A stretch of DNA of 64,000 bases from Clostridiales bacterium (GCA_015055745.1 SVHS01000003.1:61655-125654), one strand, 5' to 3'; shown: positions 54,823 through 64,000, counted from the stretch's first letter. The notes: generated by a model from the sequence alone, not told the origin. Numbers and translations are program-made.

Positions 54823-56893
54823 AAGTACAACCTTTGTTGTTGCAAATGATAGTTTGCTTACCTTTTGCTGAATATTTTTTAAATAGATTTGCTTGACACA
54901 TTGGACATTTATCCTCCAGTGGCAAATCCCATGAAATATAATCACATTTTGGATAATTGTCACAGCCGAAGAATAATTTGCCTCGTTTGCTATACTTTGC
55001 AGATACTACTCCTCCGCATTTTGGACACTTACCTGTATCTTGTACTTGATTGGTAGGCTGATTGATATTCTTAGTATTTTTACATTGAGGGAAATTTGAA
55101 CAAGCCAAAAACTTGCCAAACTTACCATCTCTATACACCATCATAGAGCCACATTTATCACACTTGACATCGCTCGGCTCAGGAGGTGCTGACTTTGGCA
55201 CTGCGACACCCATTTGGTGACTAGCATACTCCATCTGCTGGCTAAAATCTTTGTAAAATACATCTACGATATCTTGCCACTTTACTTTGCCTAGCTCGAC
55301 ATTGTCTAGCTGCTCTTCCATCTCTGCGGTAAACTTGATATCCATGATATTTTTAAAGTATTCTTCTAGATACTTGGTCACCTGCACACCTAACTCCGTA
55401 GGGACAAGTGCTTTTTTATCTGTCTTGATATAGTCACGATTGAACAACGTCATCACGGTAGCAGCATAAGTCGCTGGTCTACCGATGCCTTGTACTTCCA
55501 TCTCTTTGATAAGGCTAGCCTCAGTAAATCTGACTGGTGGCTTGGTAAATTTTTGCTCTGTGGTGATCTTCTCTTTCTTTACTACTTCACCCTCCACCAA
55601 ATCTGGAATATTGATGCCATTTTTATCGTCTTCTTGCACTTTATATACTCTAGTGTATCCGTCGAATATAAGTGCCTTACCACTAGACCTAAACTTATAC
55701 CCATCTGCTAATATATCTACAGTCAAGCTATCATACTGAGCAAAGCTCATCTGACTAGCTATAAATCGCTTGTATATCAAAGTATAAAGCTTCAAATACT
55801 GCTCATCAATCTTACCTTTTAAATACTCTGGAGAGTATTTTAGATTGATCGGACGAATAGCTTCGTGCGCATCTTGAGCACTCTCTTTTGATGCAAATTC
55901 ATTAAATTTCTTTGGAGCATAAGCCTCTCCGAAATTATTTAAAATATATTCTTTCGCCATAAACTGAGCATCTAAGCTCACACGCGTAGAGTCAGTACGG
56001 ATATATGTTACTAGCGCTGTCTTGCCTTCTCCTGCTATCATGACACCTTCGTATAATGATTGAGCACATTTGGTATAAGAACTTAGAGTCATCTTGAGCT
56101 TGCTAACTGCGTCTTGCTGTAAGCTACTAGTGATATATGGTGCTGGTGGCTTTGAATAAGTCACTTGTCTCTTGACTGAATGCACCTTGTACTCTGCATT
56201 TTCTACTACAGATAAAATCTTATCTACTGCTTCTTTATTTGGAATCTCTAACTTTTTGTCTTGATACTGGATAAGGTCTGATTTAAACTTATTATCTCCT
56301 TTACTTAGCTCTGCAGTCACATTCCAATACTCTACTGGCACGAAGCTATTGATAGCGTCTTCTCTATCTACTATAAGCTTCAATGTGACAGACTGCACGC
56401 GTCCTGCGCTGAGCTTGCCATGTATCTTCTTGCTAAGTAATGGACTGAGCTGATAACCAACTATCCTATCCAAAGCTCGTCTACCTTGCTGAGCATTGAT
56501 AAGATCATAGTTTAGTGGCTTTGGATTGGCGATACTCTCTTGGACAGCTTTTTTACTAATCTCATTGAATGCAGTACGCACAAGTGCATCTTTGTCCAAA
56601 TCTAATATGGTCGCCAAATGCCAAGCTATAGCTTCTCCCTCTCTATCCGGGTCGGTAGCGAGATATATAGCTTCAGCATTTGCTGCTCGTTTCTTTAGAT
56701 CAGCCACCAAAGCTTTTTTCTCTGGGATAATCTCATAAGTCGGCTCATAATTGTTTTTTAAATCTATCGCAAAGCTTTTTGCTGGCAGGTCTCTCACGTG
56801 ACCTTTGGTCGGAAAAACAACATAATCACTACCTAGATATTTTGATATCGTATCTCGTTTACCTGGACCTTCTATAAATACTAATTTCATCAT
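54809..56893 (-). CDS. topA: DNA topoisomerase I
   Basis: TOPRIM (LVFIEGPGK...ATDPDREGE), catalytic region YIRTDS, and C-terminal Cys4 zinc ribbons. Confidence 0.96.
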   Translation of the reverse strand: MMKLVFIEGPGKRDTISKYLGSDYVVFPTKGHVRDLPAKSFAIDLKNNYEPTYEIIPEKKALVADLKKRAANAEAIYLATDPDREGEAIAWHLATILDLDKDALVRTAFNEISKKAVQESIANPKPLNYDLINAQQGRRALDRIVGYQLSPLLSKKIHGKLSAGRVQSVTLKLIVDREDAINSFVPVEYWNVTAELSKGDNKFKSDLIQYQDKKLEIPNKEAVDKILSVVENAEYKVHSVKRQVTYSKPPAPYITSSLQQDAVSKLKMTLSSYTKCAQSLYEGVMIAGEGKTALVTYIRTDSTRVSLDAQFMAKEYILNNFGEAYAPKKFNEFASKESAQDAHEAIRPINLKYSPEYLKGKIDEQYLKLYTLIYKRFIASQMSFAQYDSLTVDILADGYKFRSSGKALIFDGYTRVYKVQEDDKNGINIPDLVEGEVVKKEKITTEQKFTKPPVRFTEASLIKEMEVQGIGRPATYAATVMTLFNRDYIKTDKKALVPTELGVQVTKYLEEYFKNIMDIKFTAEMEEQLDNVELGKVKWQDIVDVFYKDFSQQMEYASHQMGVAVPKSAPPEPSDVKCDKCGSMMVYRDGKFGKFLACSNFPQCKNTKNINQPTNQVQDTGKCPKCGGVVSAKYSKRGKLFFGCDNYPKCDYISWDLPLEDKCPMCQANLFKKYSAKGKQTIICNNKGCTYVKD

Positions 56894-56929
56894 TTCTCCT
56901 TAACACTCAATTTTCATTATATTAAATTT

Positions 56930-57616
56930 TTAAAAAAGTTTCAACTTATTTTCGGCATTAATATCCAAAAACGACAAGATTGTCTTGAGAGAATCTGACT
57001 CTATCACATTTTGCCACTTGTTTTGATCTTGGATATCAGCATCATCTGGATTGAGACAAAGGGTCCTCACTCCTGACAAATATACTGTATCATCACTCTT
57101 ACCATTGCCGACAAAAAGTATCTCCTCTGGGGAAACATTTTCTTTCTCCATGATCTCCATCAAAGTCTCATGCTTATTATCCATTAGACGAGGAAATTTA
57201 CAATCATTTACTATACCATCATCGTCAAACAATAACTCATAACCTTGTATCTCAGTGATATAAGGCATCAAATGTGCTAGATTTTCATCAATGATATTTT
57301 TTATACCAGCAGACAATACATAAATTTTTATACCATTGTCGTGAATGTACTTGAAGACATATGAAATATCTTTTATTAATTTTGATTGCTTCGCCAAAGA
57401 TGAAAATAATCGCCTATCTGCACCCAAATCTCTCCAAGCCTGTACTATCAAACTCAGCCACTCATGCTCATTTATCTCACCGCTATAAAACATATTGAAC
57501 AACTTTTCATCTGTATCTAAAGCTCCCAATTTTTCCCATGCGCGCACCCATGAGCTAGTACCTTTAGCTGTCACTGTGAGTGTACCGTCATAATCAAAAC
57601 ATACTATCTTCGTCAT
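56930..57616 (-). CDS. HAD-superfamily hydrolase (subfamily IB-like)
   Basis: Motif I CFDYDGTLT, motif II VLSAG, motif III/IV K...VGNGKSDD. Confidence 0.8.
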   Translation of the reverse strand: MTKIVCFDYDGTLTVTAKGTSSWVRAWEKLGALDTDEKLFNMFYSGEINEHEWLSLIVQAWRDLGADRRLFSSLAKQSKLIKDISYVFKYIHDNGIKIYVLSAGIKNIIDENLAHLMPYITEIQGYELLFDDDGIVNDCKFPRLMDNKHETLMEIMEKENVSPEEILFVGNGKSDDTVYLSGVRTLCLNPDDADIQDQNKWQNVIESDSLKTILSFLDINAENKLKLF

Positions 57617-57624
57617 ATCTCCTC

Positions 57625-58713
57625 CTATGCTCTAATGTAACTATTGTTTGCTAGCTTGATAACCAAGCCGTCCATTTCAAGAGAGATGAGTATCCCGTTT
57701 AGCTCTCTAGCAGATAGCCCACTATAGTCTATGATCTCTTGGAATGTCTTTTTTTCGTTGCTGATATAATCTAATACAATCTGTGAATTCATGTCAAGCT
57801 GTATCATAGGTTTTTCTTCTACTTTTGTACCTAAGCGATTGTAAAGGTCTAGGATATCATCAGGAGAAGTGGTGATACAGCCCTGCAAAGATTTGATGAG
57901 CGCATTTGAACCCTTGCTCATCTCAGAATTGATCCTACCTGGTACTACAAAAACATCGCGATTGAACTCAATCGCATAATTTACAGTATATAATGAGCCA
58001 CTCTTCTCACCCATCTCTGTGGTGAGTACTCCGCGAGACAATCCTGCGATGATCCTATTCCTCACAGGGAACAAATACGCCTGAGGCTTGGTATCTGGAT
58101 TCTGCTCAGTGATGAGCAGATTATTTTCTGCTAGAGTCTTGGCTAAATGATAATTTGATGCCGGATAGATATGATTGAATCCTCCAGCGAGTACTGCTAT
58201 GGTCTTACCGTTATTGTCTATAGCTGTCTTATGCGCCAAAGTATCCACTCCGACTGCCATACCAGACACTACTGTAATATCTGCATCTACGAGAGCTTTG
58301 ACATACTGCTTGGTGACTTGTATGCCATAATCCGTAGGTTTCCTAGTGCCTACCACCCCTACGCACAATGTCTTCAAGAGCTGAATATTTCCTTTGCAAT
58401 AAAGACACAGTGGCGGAGATGAGATTTCTTTGAGTGGATAAGGATATCTGATATCATTAATAGTGATGGGTATGATGCTGTCTTGAGTATACTTTTCCAA
58501 TCTAAGGCTCAAAAACATATCATCTAAGCAAAGAGCCATTTTATTAAACTCTTGGTCAGACAGCTCTTGTCTAATCTCTAATTTTGTCAAAAAAACTTTT
58601 CGTATATCTTCATCTTTTAATAGTAGAGATAAAAGCTTTACCTTTTTGCTATATGTCAAAAAATCAAACAAATCTAACCACAATATATTTTTATCTTCTA
58701 TCGTCATAATCAC
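57625..58713 (-). CDS. dprA: DNA processing protein DprA
   Basis: Rossmann-like core VGTRKPT.YG, SGMAVGVDTLAH, and a C-terminal wHTH. The start is ambiguous (GTG 58713 overlapping the comM stop, or ATG 58707). Confidence 0.9.
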   Translation of the reverse strand: MIMTIEDKNILWLDLFDFLTYSKKVKLLSLLLKDEDIRKVFLTKLEIRQELSDQEFNKMALCLDDMFLSLRLEKYTQDSIIPITINDIRYPYPLKEISSPPLCLYCKGNIQLLKTLCVGVVGTRKPTDYGIQVTKQYVKALVDADITVVSGMAVGVDTLAHKTAIDNNGKTIAVLAGGFNHIYPASNYHLAKTLAENNLLITEQNPDTKPQAYLFPVRNRIIAGLSRGVLTTEMGEKSGSLYTVNYAIEFNRDVFVVPGRINSEMSKGSNALIKSLQGCITTSPDDILDLYNRLGTKVEEKPMIQLDMNSQIVLDYISNEKKTFQEIIDYSGLSARELNGILISLEMDGLVIKLANNSYIRA

Positions 58714-60242
58714 ACCGTATATTTTTTATCAAGAGACCTATACTGTATAGCCTCCAAGATATGAGGTCGCTCTATCTTCTCAGAGCCGTCTAGATCAGCT
58801 ATGGTCCTAGCGACTTTTAGTATCCTATTGTACGCACGCGCAGATAAATTTAACTTTTTAAAAGCTGTCTCCAATAAATCTGCACAGGTCTTGTCCAATA
58901 CACAATACTTTTGAAATTCTCTATCACTCATTTTAGCATTTGTATATATGCCACTATCTTTAAATCTCTTTAGCTGGATACTTTTGGCTTTGTCTACCCG
59001 CTTTTTTATCTCACTACTAGGCTCTTCTAGCTTGTATTGGGTCAATTCTTCATAATTTACAGCATCAACCTCTATGTGCAAGTCTATCCTATCCATCAAT
59101 GGACCACTGATTTTGGATAAATATTTATGTATAGCGGCAGGGGTACATTTACATACATTTGTACTACTACCATAATATCCGCATGGACATGGATTCATGC
59201 TCGCTACCATGATAAAATTGGCTGGATACTGGACTGTGAGAGCATTCCTAGCGACAGTGATATATCCGTCCTCCATAGGCTGACGAAGTGTCTCTATGGT
59301 GTCTCGCTTGTACTCCGGCATCTCATCTAAAAACAATACACCATTGTGTGCTAAGCTAATCTCACCTGGCTTAGCCTTTTGACCGCCACCAGTAAGAGCT
59401 ATCAGCGTAGATGTGTGGTGCGGACTCCTAAATGGTCGCTCTATCACTATACCCTTTTTGGCATCAAGTACTCCCGCCACACTATGTATCTTGGTGACCT
59501 CAAGACTCTCCTCAAATGACAAATCTGGGAGAATGGACGGAAAACATTTAGCTAGCATAGTCTTACCTGCTCCTGGAGGACCTATGAGTAAGATATTGTG
59601 CCCGCCAGCTGCTGCTATCTCCATAGCTCTCTTTGCACTGACTTGACCTCTGACATAAGCAAAGTCATGCTTGAAGTCGTGATTTTTTAGAGCGGACTCA
59701 AATGTTTTGTTATTATTTTTCTCTATCGTCTTTTGACCATTTAAAAACGCTACCACGTCGGACAAAGTCTTGACAGGATATACGTCTATCTGGTCTATAA
59801 AAGAAGCCTCCATGGCATTGTCATACGGAATGATAAACTTGGTATAACCCATTTGTTTGGCTGAAATAAGCATGGGTAATATACCATTTAATTTCCTTAT
59901 CTCACCGTCTAGACTCAACTCTCCAAGTACTATAAATCCTTCCAATGATTTATTTTGAACAATCTCTTGTGAAACCAATATACCTAAAGCTATAGGTAAA
60001 TCGTATAGACTGCCTTCTTTCTTAGTATCAGCGGGTGCCAGATTGATGATGACCTTATTGATAGGATAATTGAACGCACTATTTTTGATAGCAGCTTTTA
60101 CCCTCGCCTTGCTCTCTTTTATAGCCACGTCCGCCAATCCTACCACATCGTATCCAGGCAATCCTGCATTTATATCTAACTCTATCTCGACAGGATATCC
60201 TGTGATACCTGTGAGTCCAAATGATAAAATCTTTGCTAACAT
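58710..60242 (-). CDS. comM: Mg-chelatase-like AAA+ protein ComM/YifB
   Basis: Lon-like N-domain (GLPGYDVVGLADVAIKESKARV), Walker A GPPGAGKTM, VLFLDEMPE. Start at MLAKIL (AAGGAAAA SD), because the upstream ATG at 60263 lies inside the predicted -10. Confidence 0.9.
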   Translation of the reverse strand: MLAKILSFGLTGITGYPVEIELDINAGLPGYDVVGLADVAIKESKARVKAAIKNSAFNYPINKVIINLAPADTKKEGSLYDLPIALGILVSQEIVQNKSLEGFIVLGELSLDGEIRKLNGILPMLISAKQMGYTKFIIPYDNAMEASFIDQIDVYPVKTLSDVVAFLNGQKTIEKNNNKTFESALKNHDFKHDFAYVRGQVSAKRAMEIAAAGGHNILLIGPPGAGKTMLAKCFPSILPDLSFEESLEVTKIHSVAGVLDAKKGIVIERPFRSPHHTSTLIALTGGGQKAKPGEISLAHNGVLFLDEMPEYKRDTIETLRQPMEDGYITVARNALTVQYPANFIMVASMNPCPCGYYGSSTNVCKCTPAAIHKYLSKISGPLMDRIDLHIEVDAVNYEELTQYKLEEPSSEIKKRVDKAKSIQLKRFKDSGIYTNAKMSDREFQKYCVLDKTCADLLETAFKKLNLSARAYNRILKVARTIADLDGSEKIERPHILEAIQYRSLDKKYTV

Positions 60243-60261
60243 ATTATTTTCCTTTGGGGTC

Positions 60262-60290
60262 ATAGTATCACCTTTTCCAAAATTTGTCAA
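60262..60290 (-). promoter_or_regulatory. comM-dprA promoter
   Basis: The minus strand reads TTGACA (60290-60285), 17 nt, (TGA)TACTAT (60267-60262). Confidence 0.65.
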
Positions 60291-60298
60291 CAGTTTAT

Positions 60299-60312
60299 CA
60301 AACATTTGTTCG
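60299..60312 (-). promoter_or_regulatory. Second SOS (LexA) box, identical to the lexA operator
   Basis: The minus strand reads CGAACAAATGTTTG, the same 14-mer as 4431-4444. It ends 8 nt upstream of the comM -35. Confidence 0.65.
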
Positions 60313-60320
60313 ACATAATA

Positions 60321-60352
60321 AAAATACAAAAAGAGGGCTCATCACCCTCTTT
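60321..60352 (-). terminator. Intrinsic terminator of rplS
   Basis: On the minus strand: AAAGAGGG-UGAUGAG-CCCUCUUU followed by UUGUAUUUUU. Confidence 0.8.
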
Positions 60353-60385
60353 GTACTCAAATACAAGTCAAAAGCCGTGAGAAGA

Positions 60386-60727
60386 TTATTTCTCTTCTTT
60401 AACTTTAGCGGCTTTACCTGAAAGATTACGAATGTAGTAGATCTTAGCGCGTCTTACTTTACCCTTTCTTACTACGTCTACTCGGTCGATACGAGGACTA
60501 TGTAGTGGGAATGTCCTTTCTACGCCAATGCCGAAAGACACACGTCTAACTGTGAAAGTCTCTCTTACACTAGTACCTTTCTTTGCAATCACAACGCCTT
60601 CATAAGCCTGGATACGCTCTTTGTCGCCTTCTTTGACTTTAACCATAACACGTACGGTGTCTCCAATATTAAAAGAAGTAATATCGTTGCGTAATTGCTC
60701 TTTCTCGATTTGGTCGATAATAGTCAT
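60386..60727 (-). CDS. rplS: 50S ribosomal protein L19
   Basis: ..[33 protein letters not shown]....TFTVRR.. AGGAGG SD. Confidence 0.96.
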   Translation of the reverse strand: MTIIDQIEKEQLRNDITSFNIGDTVRVMVKVKEGDKERIQAYEGVVIAKKGTSVRETFTVRRVSFGIGVERTFPLHSPRIDRVDVVRKGKVRRAKIYYIRNLSGKAAKVKEEK

Positions 60728-60789
60728 ATTTACCTCCTAAATTTGACGTTCTTGTAATTGGAATACAGCGGACCGTCAACAAACTATGT

Positions 60790-60818
60790 AATTATATCAC
60801 AAGTAAAACTTATTTGCA
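60790..60818 (-). promoter_or_regulatory. rplS promoter (leaves a ~56-nt leader with a TTGACG...CGTCAA stem)
   Basis: The minus strand reads TTGCAA, 17 nt, (TGA)TATAAT. The leader could correspond to the Firmicutes L19 leader, but I cannot verify the motif by eye. Confidence 0.55.
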
Positions 60819-60833
60819 AGTGTTTTTGTAAAA

Positions 60834-61964
60834 TTAATTTAATTCTTGTGACTTTTCTTTTAGAGAATCTATTTTTTCTCTTACTTTATCTTTATTTATA
60901 CCTTTGACCTTTAACAACTTGGTCAATAATTCTACATTCTTTGATTTTATAGCAAATTTGCTAAGAGAATCTACATTAGTACCATTCACTAAACACAATC
61001 TAGCACAAAGGTCTGCTTTCCTTGACTGAAGAATAAGAGCTTGGATAGCTTCTTTGTCTGCTTTCGTAGGATACTCTTCTGCCAATCTGCAAGCATATTC
61101 ATATTTATCATTATTAGCTGATTGTAAGATAGCTGTCTGATGTGACTTGAATTGGTCTTTGGTAAATGAATGTATAGCTATAAACAAATAGTTTTGCTTT
61201 GCATTCTTGGAGTCGATGACTACTTGCCTATGGACATCTACATCAGCACCAGGTATCTCACTAAACTGAGTGCTAGCCTCTGCTGAATTTAATGCCAAGA
61301 CTCTTGCTTCTGCTGCTTTGATATCCTTTGGAGACATATTTCCTCTCTGAGTCATGGTAGCAATACTTTTTGCATTTTGACTCTTACTTATCTTGGTCTT
61401 GGTCTTACTAGCGTACTCTGGATAAAGCTCTACAAAGCCCAATTTTTCTGACTGAGTGCCTGATTTTGCTATTTCTGTATCAAACTGCCACATTCTAGCA
61501 ATGTTTGATTCTGAATACTCTTGATACTCTTGGATAAATCTATAATTTTCTTCTGCTGTACCATTATCTGCAATCACTTTTGCGAACTGCATCATTTTTT
61601 CTGGAGCTAACAATTTGTAATCATCAAAATATGAATTATCATTTAAATCCTTCAAAATATCTATATAGTCAAATACAAGAGATGCATTATTTGCTTCCAA
61701 GATCATCTTTTGACCTGAAACTATCCTTTGTCTAGAAAGTATATCCAATCTCTTACCATTGAAATATCCCTTGGCATCAATACCATATCGTCTAAGCAAA
61801 GTCAAATAATATTCGATCTTGGTATCCATATTGCTACGTTTCAATTTATTTAACGAAATCTGTGCTTTCTCTACCTTACCCTCGTCAAGCGCGTCTACAA
61901 TCTCGCTAATCAAATCTCTATCAATTATATCATTTTCTTTTATTTTATCTGAAATTAGGCTCAT
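60834..61964 (-). CDS. Hypothetical cytoplasmic helical-repeat protein (376 aa)
   Basis: GGAGGGG SD, no TM helix or signal peptide. Recurring ~35-40-aa segments have an N(A)xxNYxF / KYEYA pattern. I recognise no family. Confidence 0.6.
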   Translation of the reverse strand: MSLISDKIKENDIIDRDLISEIVDALDEGKVEKAQISLNKLKRSNMDTKIEYYLTLLRRYGIDAKGYFNGKRLDILSRQRIVSGQKMILEANNASLVFDYIDILKDLNDNSYFDDYKLLAPEKMMQFAKVIADNGTAEENYRFIQEYQEYSESNIARMWQFDTEIAKSGTQSEKLGFVELYPEYASKTKTKISKSQNAKSIATMTQRGNMSPKDIKAAEARVLALNSAEASTQFSEIPGADVDVHRQVVIDSKNAKQNYLFIAIHSFTKDQFKSHQTAILQSANNDKYEYACRLAEEYPTKADKEAIQALILQSRKADLCARLCLVNGTNVDSLSKFAIKSKNVELLTKLLKVKGINKDKVREKIDSLKEKSQELN

Positions 61965-62020
61965 ACACCCCTCCGTTATCCATATATTACCACTAAAAAT
62001 CTATTTTGTCAATATGTAAA

Positions 62021-62368
62021 TTAAAAAGCGTCTTTTATATGCGTAATATGGTAGTCTGCAAGACCTATGATAGCTATAGCGTCAAAGCGTACTGGAGTAT
62101 TGTATTTTTTGTTTTCTATGAGATACATGCTAGCCACATTACGTATCTTATATTGCTTTCGCTCATCTATAGCTTCAAACGGATGCCCAAACTCTTCTGA
62201 CATCCTAGCCTTTACCTCTACAAATACGGTAAACTCTCCGTCTTTGGCAATAATATCAATCTCACCTATTTTATTTTTGTAATTTGTAGCGAGAATCGTA
62301 TAACCCAATTTTTGCAAATATTCACTAGCTATTATTTCGCTTCTCTTTCCATAAATATTCTTTTGCAT
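62021..62368 (-). CDS. yraN: YraN-family (UPF0102) endonuclease-like protein
   Basis: GE.IASEYLQKLGYTIL..NY....GEIDIIAKDG...VFVEVKAR signature. Confidence 0.88.
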   Translation of the reverse strand: MQKNIYGKRSEIIASEYLQKLGYTILATNYKNKIGEIDIIAKDGEFTVFVEVKARMSEEFGHPFEAIDERKQYKIRNVASMYLIENKKYNTPVRFDAIAIIGLADYHITHIKDAF

Positions 62369-62982
62369 TCACTTTCTCCTATGATTTTACCGAGGAAACT
62401 AAGCCTATGTATAGGTGTGATACCATGATTTTTGATACCTTCTAGATGTCTCTTGGTACCATAACCGACATTGTTTTCAAAATCATAATAAGGATATTTT
62501 TTGGCATAGTCTACCATCAATCTATCTCTATATACTTTAGCCACAATAGATGCACACGCTATGGCATAGCTAGTCTCATCACCCTTAATAATAGGCATCT
62601 CTTTATCACATATATTTAGCTTCACAGCATCAATGAGCAACAAATCTGGCTTTATAGTAGACTTTGTATAACATTCATTCATAGATTCTTTGGTCGCATT
62701 GAGAATATTTATCCTATCTATGACATCTTGATGTCTATACGAAATAGATACAGATAGAGCGGTCTTCATTATCTCATCATACAGTCGCTCTCTATTCTTT
62801 TTGGTCACCTTTTTACTATCAAAGACACCATCTATCATCTTGTCATAAGGCATGATGACACAAGCCGTCACTACAGGTCCTGCGAGTGGTCCACGACCTA
62901 CCTCGTCTATACCTGCGATGAATTTTACTTCGTCAGACAAAAGAGCTATGTCATGATCAAAAATCTTTTGTGTATTTATCAT
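62332..62982 (-). CDS. rnhB: Ribonuclease HII
   Basis: IAGIDEVGRGPLAGPVV, ..DSKK.., ..ASIVAK..RD. The ATG at 62982 overlaps the rbgA TGA (ATGA). The track start is a TTG. Confidence 0.92.
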   Translation of the reverse strand: MINTQKIFDHDIALLSDEVKFIAGIDEVGRGPLAGPVVTACVIMPYDKMIDGVFDSKKVTKKNRERLYDEIMKTALSVSISYRHQDVIDRINILNATKESMNECYTKSTIKPDLLLIDAVKLNICDKEMPIIKGDETSYAIACASIVAKVYRDRLMVDYAKKYPYYDFENNVGYGTKRHLEGIKNHGITPIHRLSFLGKIIGESECKRIFMEREAK

Positions 62983-63812
62983 AATTTCTCCAAGCAAATC
63001 TTACCGAGCTTGCCTGCTCTAAAGTCTGTAAGTAATATCTTGCTCGCACGATCTAAGTCGACCTTACCACCTTTGATGAGACAGCCACGCTTTTTACCTA
63101 TAGATGATAAAATCTCATTATCTAGTGTTGTATTGTCGTATATTACGCTATATTTTGACTTAAGAATATCTGTAGAGCGAAGTCTCGAAATGAGCTTTTC
63201 TGCTATATCTATTAGATTGAGCACATCATCTCTCACACTACCTACGAATGCAAGATTATACGCATAATCATCACGCTCAAAGTTTGGCAAAAGCACTCCT
63301 GGTGTATCCATAAACTCTATGTCATTGCCAACCTTTATCCATTGTTTGCTACGAGTGACACCTGCCTTATTACCCGTAATAGCTCTACCTTTGTTGCAAA
63401 GATTGTTTACTATAGTGGACTTACCAGAATTTGGCACACCGAGTACCATTACTCGCAAGATAAAGCTCACCTGACGTTCTTTATTTTTTTGGAGGCGATC
63501 TGCGAAGATTTTCCTAATAGCATTGACTATCACTTTAGAATTACCGCTAATAGTAGCATTGAGAGACACGCACTCGTGACCTAGAGAAGTAAAATACTCT
63601 CTATACCTTTTGATATCACTCTGCTCTATCAAGTCTGCCTTATTTAATGCAAAAATAATAGGCTTATCTTTGACTACCTTTAAAAACTCGGGATTGATGC
63701 AACTTTTTGGACATCTAGCATCTAAGACATATACGAAACAATCGCACAGCTTGCTATTGCTCTGCATTTCTTTCAATGTCTTATTCATATGTCCTGGGAA
63801 CCAATTAATCAT
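62979..63812 (-). CDS. rbgA: Ribosome biogenesis GTPase A (YlqF)
   Basis: INWFPGHMNK, circularly permuted G motifs NKADL ... GVPNSGKST ... DTPG. Confidence 0.93.
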   Translation of the reverse strand: MINWFPGHMNKTLKEMQSNSKLCDCFVYVLDARCPKSCINPEFLKVVKDKPIIFALNKADLIEQSDIKRYREYFTSLGHECVSLNATISGNSKVIVNAIRKIFADRLQKNKERQVSFILRVMVLGVPNSGKSTIVNNLCNKGRAITGNKAGVTRSKQWIKVGNDIEFMDTPGVLLPNFERDDYAYNLAFVGSVRDDVLNLIDIAEKLISRLRSTDILKSKYSVIYDNTTLDNEILSSIGKKRGCLIKGGKVDLDRASKILLTDFRAGKLGKICLEKL

Positions 63813-63818
63813 GACTTT

Positions 63819-63847
63819 ATTGTATCATAAAATTTTTTATTTCACAA
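63819..63847 (-). promoter_or_regulatory. Promoter placed for a leaderless rbgA mRNA
   Basis: The minus strand reads TTGTGA, 17 nt, (TGA)TACAAT (63824-63819), 6 nt, ATG (63812). No SD. Confidence 0.5.
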
Positions 63848-63865
63848 TATTATTTTGATAAAATA

Positions 63866-63893
63866 TTGACAAAATTATATTTCATGATATAAT
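63866..63893 (+). promoter_or_regulatory. Promoter of the plus-strand gene at the window end
   Basis: TTGACA, 16 nt, (TGA)TATAAT. Confidence 0.65.
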
Positions 63894-63920
63894 ACGGATA
63901 TATTGAGGAAGTAAGATATT

Positions 63921-64000
63921 ATGAATAGAATTTCACGTAAAAATTTAGAATTTTTCTATGAAGAAATGCACCAAGTAGAATTAAACAAGATCAAAGATTA
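63921..64000 (+). CDS. Start of an unidentified plus-strand gene (truncated by the window)
   Basis: ATG preceded by GAGGAAG. The translation MNRISRKNLEFFYEEMHQVELNKIKD.. runs off the edge. Confidence 0.5.
   Translation, partial: MNRISRKNLEFFYEEMHQVELNKIKD

Noticed and set aside
60263-60329. Longer N-terminal extensions of comM (TTG 60329, ATG 60263), and similar track extensions for holA, trmFO, hslU, nifS, rnhB, nusB, asp23, spoIIIAC and rpsT
   Set aside because: The extensions start at non-ATG codons or lack an SD. Some overlap the upstream gene or a predicted promoter; the ATG at 60263 sits inside the comM -10. Others add residues absent from homologues. In every case an internal ATG with a good SD was preferred.
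1-64000. CRISPR arrays, IS elements or transposases, prophage or defence-island content, rRNA genes
   Set aside because: I searched by eye for regularly spaced direct repeats, transposase-like ORFs, phage structural genes and rRNA signatures and found none. The only recombinase is the Xer-like gene at 4468-5508.

Overview
Strongly AT-rich, low-GC Firmicutes chromosome segment. A complete spoIIIAA-AH operon marks the organism as an endospore former, and gene order is Clostridia-like. The window holds about 70 protein genes, one tRNA and one T-box leader, tightly packed and almost all on the minus strand, so replication probably runs right to left here. Content is mostly core housekeeping. From left to right: a PadR-TM/ABC-2 exporter operon, lexA with its SOS box, a Xer-like tyrosine recombinase, T-box-serS, miaB-mutS-mutL-miaA-ynbB-like, a class A PBP, murI-glmS, rpsT, comEC-holA-ygjP-like, tRNA-Glu(CUC), an XRE-TM-zinc-ribbon regulator, and proS lacking the INS editing domain. 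Then spoIIIAA-AH-asp23-nusB-xseA-xseB, efp, rimP-nusA-ylxR-ylxQ-infB-rbfA-truB, an exonuclease-only PolC-like gene in the usual polC slot, and frr-uppS-cdsA-rseP. Then rpsB-tsf, ruvX-DUF1292, tcdA-trx-nifS-(degenerate nifU), hslVU, trmFO, topA, dprA, comM, rplS, yraN, rnhB and rbgA. I see no CRISPR array, IS element, prophage or recognisable defence island, so I make no confident claim of a new multi-gene system. The observations most worth following up are these. (1) The truncated PolC-like exonuclease has a consensus promoter embedded in the upstream terminator. (2) A dispersed ~33-bp intergenic repeat (core TTTTTTACGCAAAGAT) also brackets serS next to the recombinase. (3) A DnaA-box cluster sits in a 620-bp non-coding gap away from any origin-like strand switch. 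(4) A second, sequence-identical SOS box lies upstream of comM-dprA. (5) Several operon heads have a leaderless-type promoter/start arrangement. (6) A Csd-like tcdA/trx/nifS/degenerate-IscU cluster. All calls come from reading the sequence and the ORF translations; no database search was possible.
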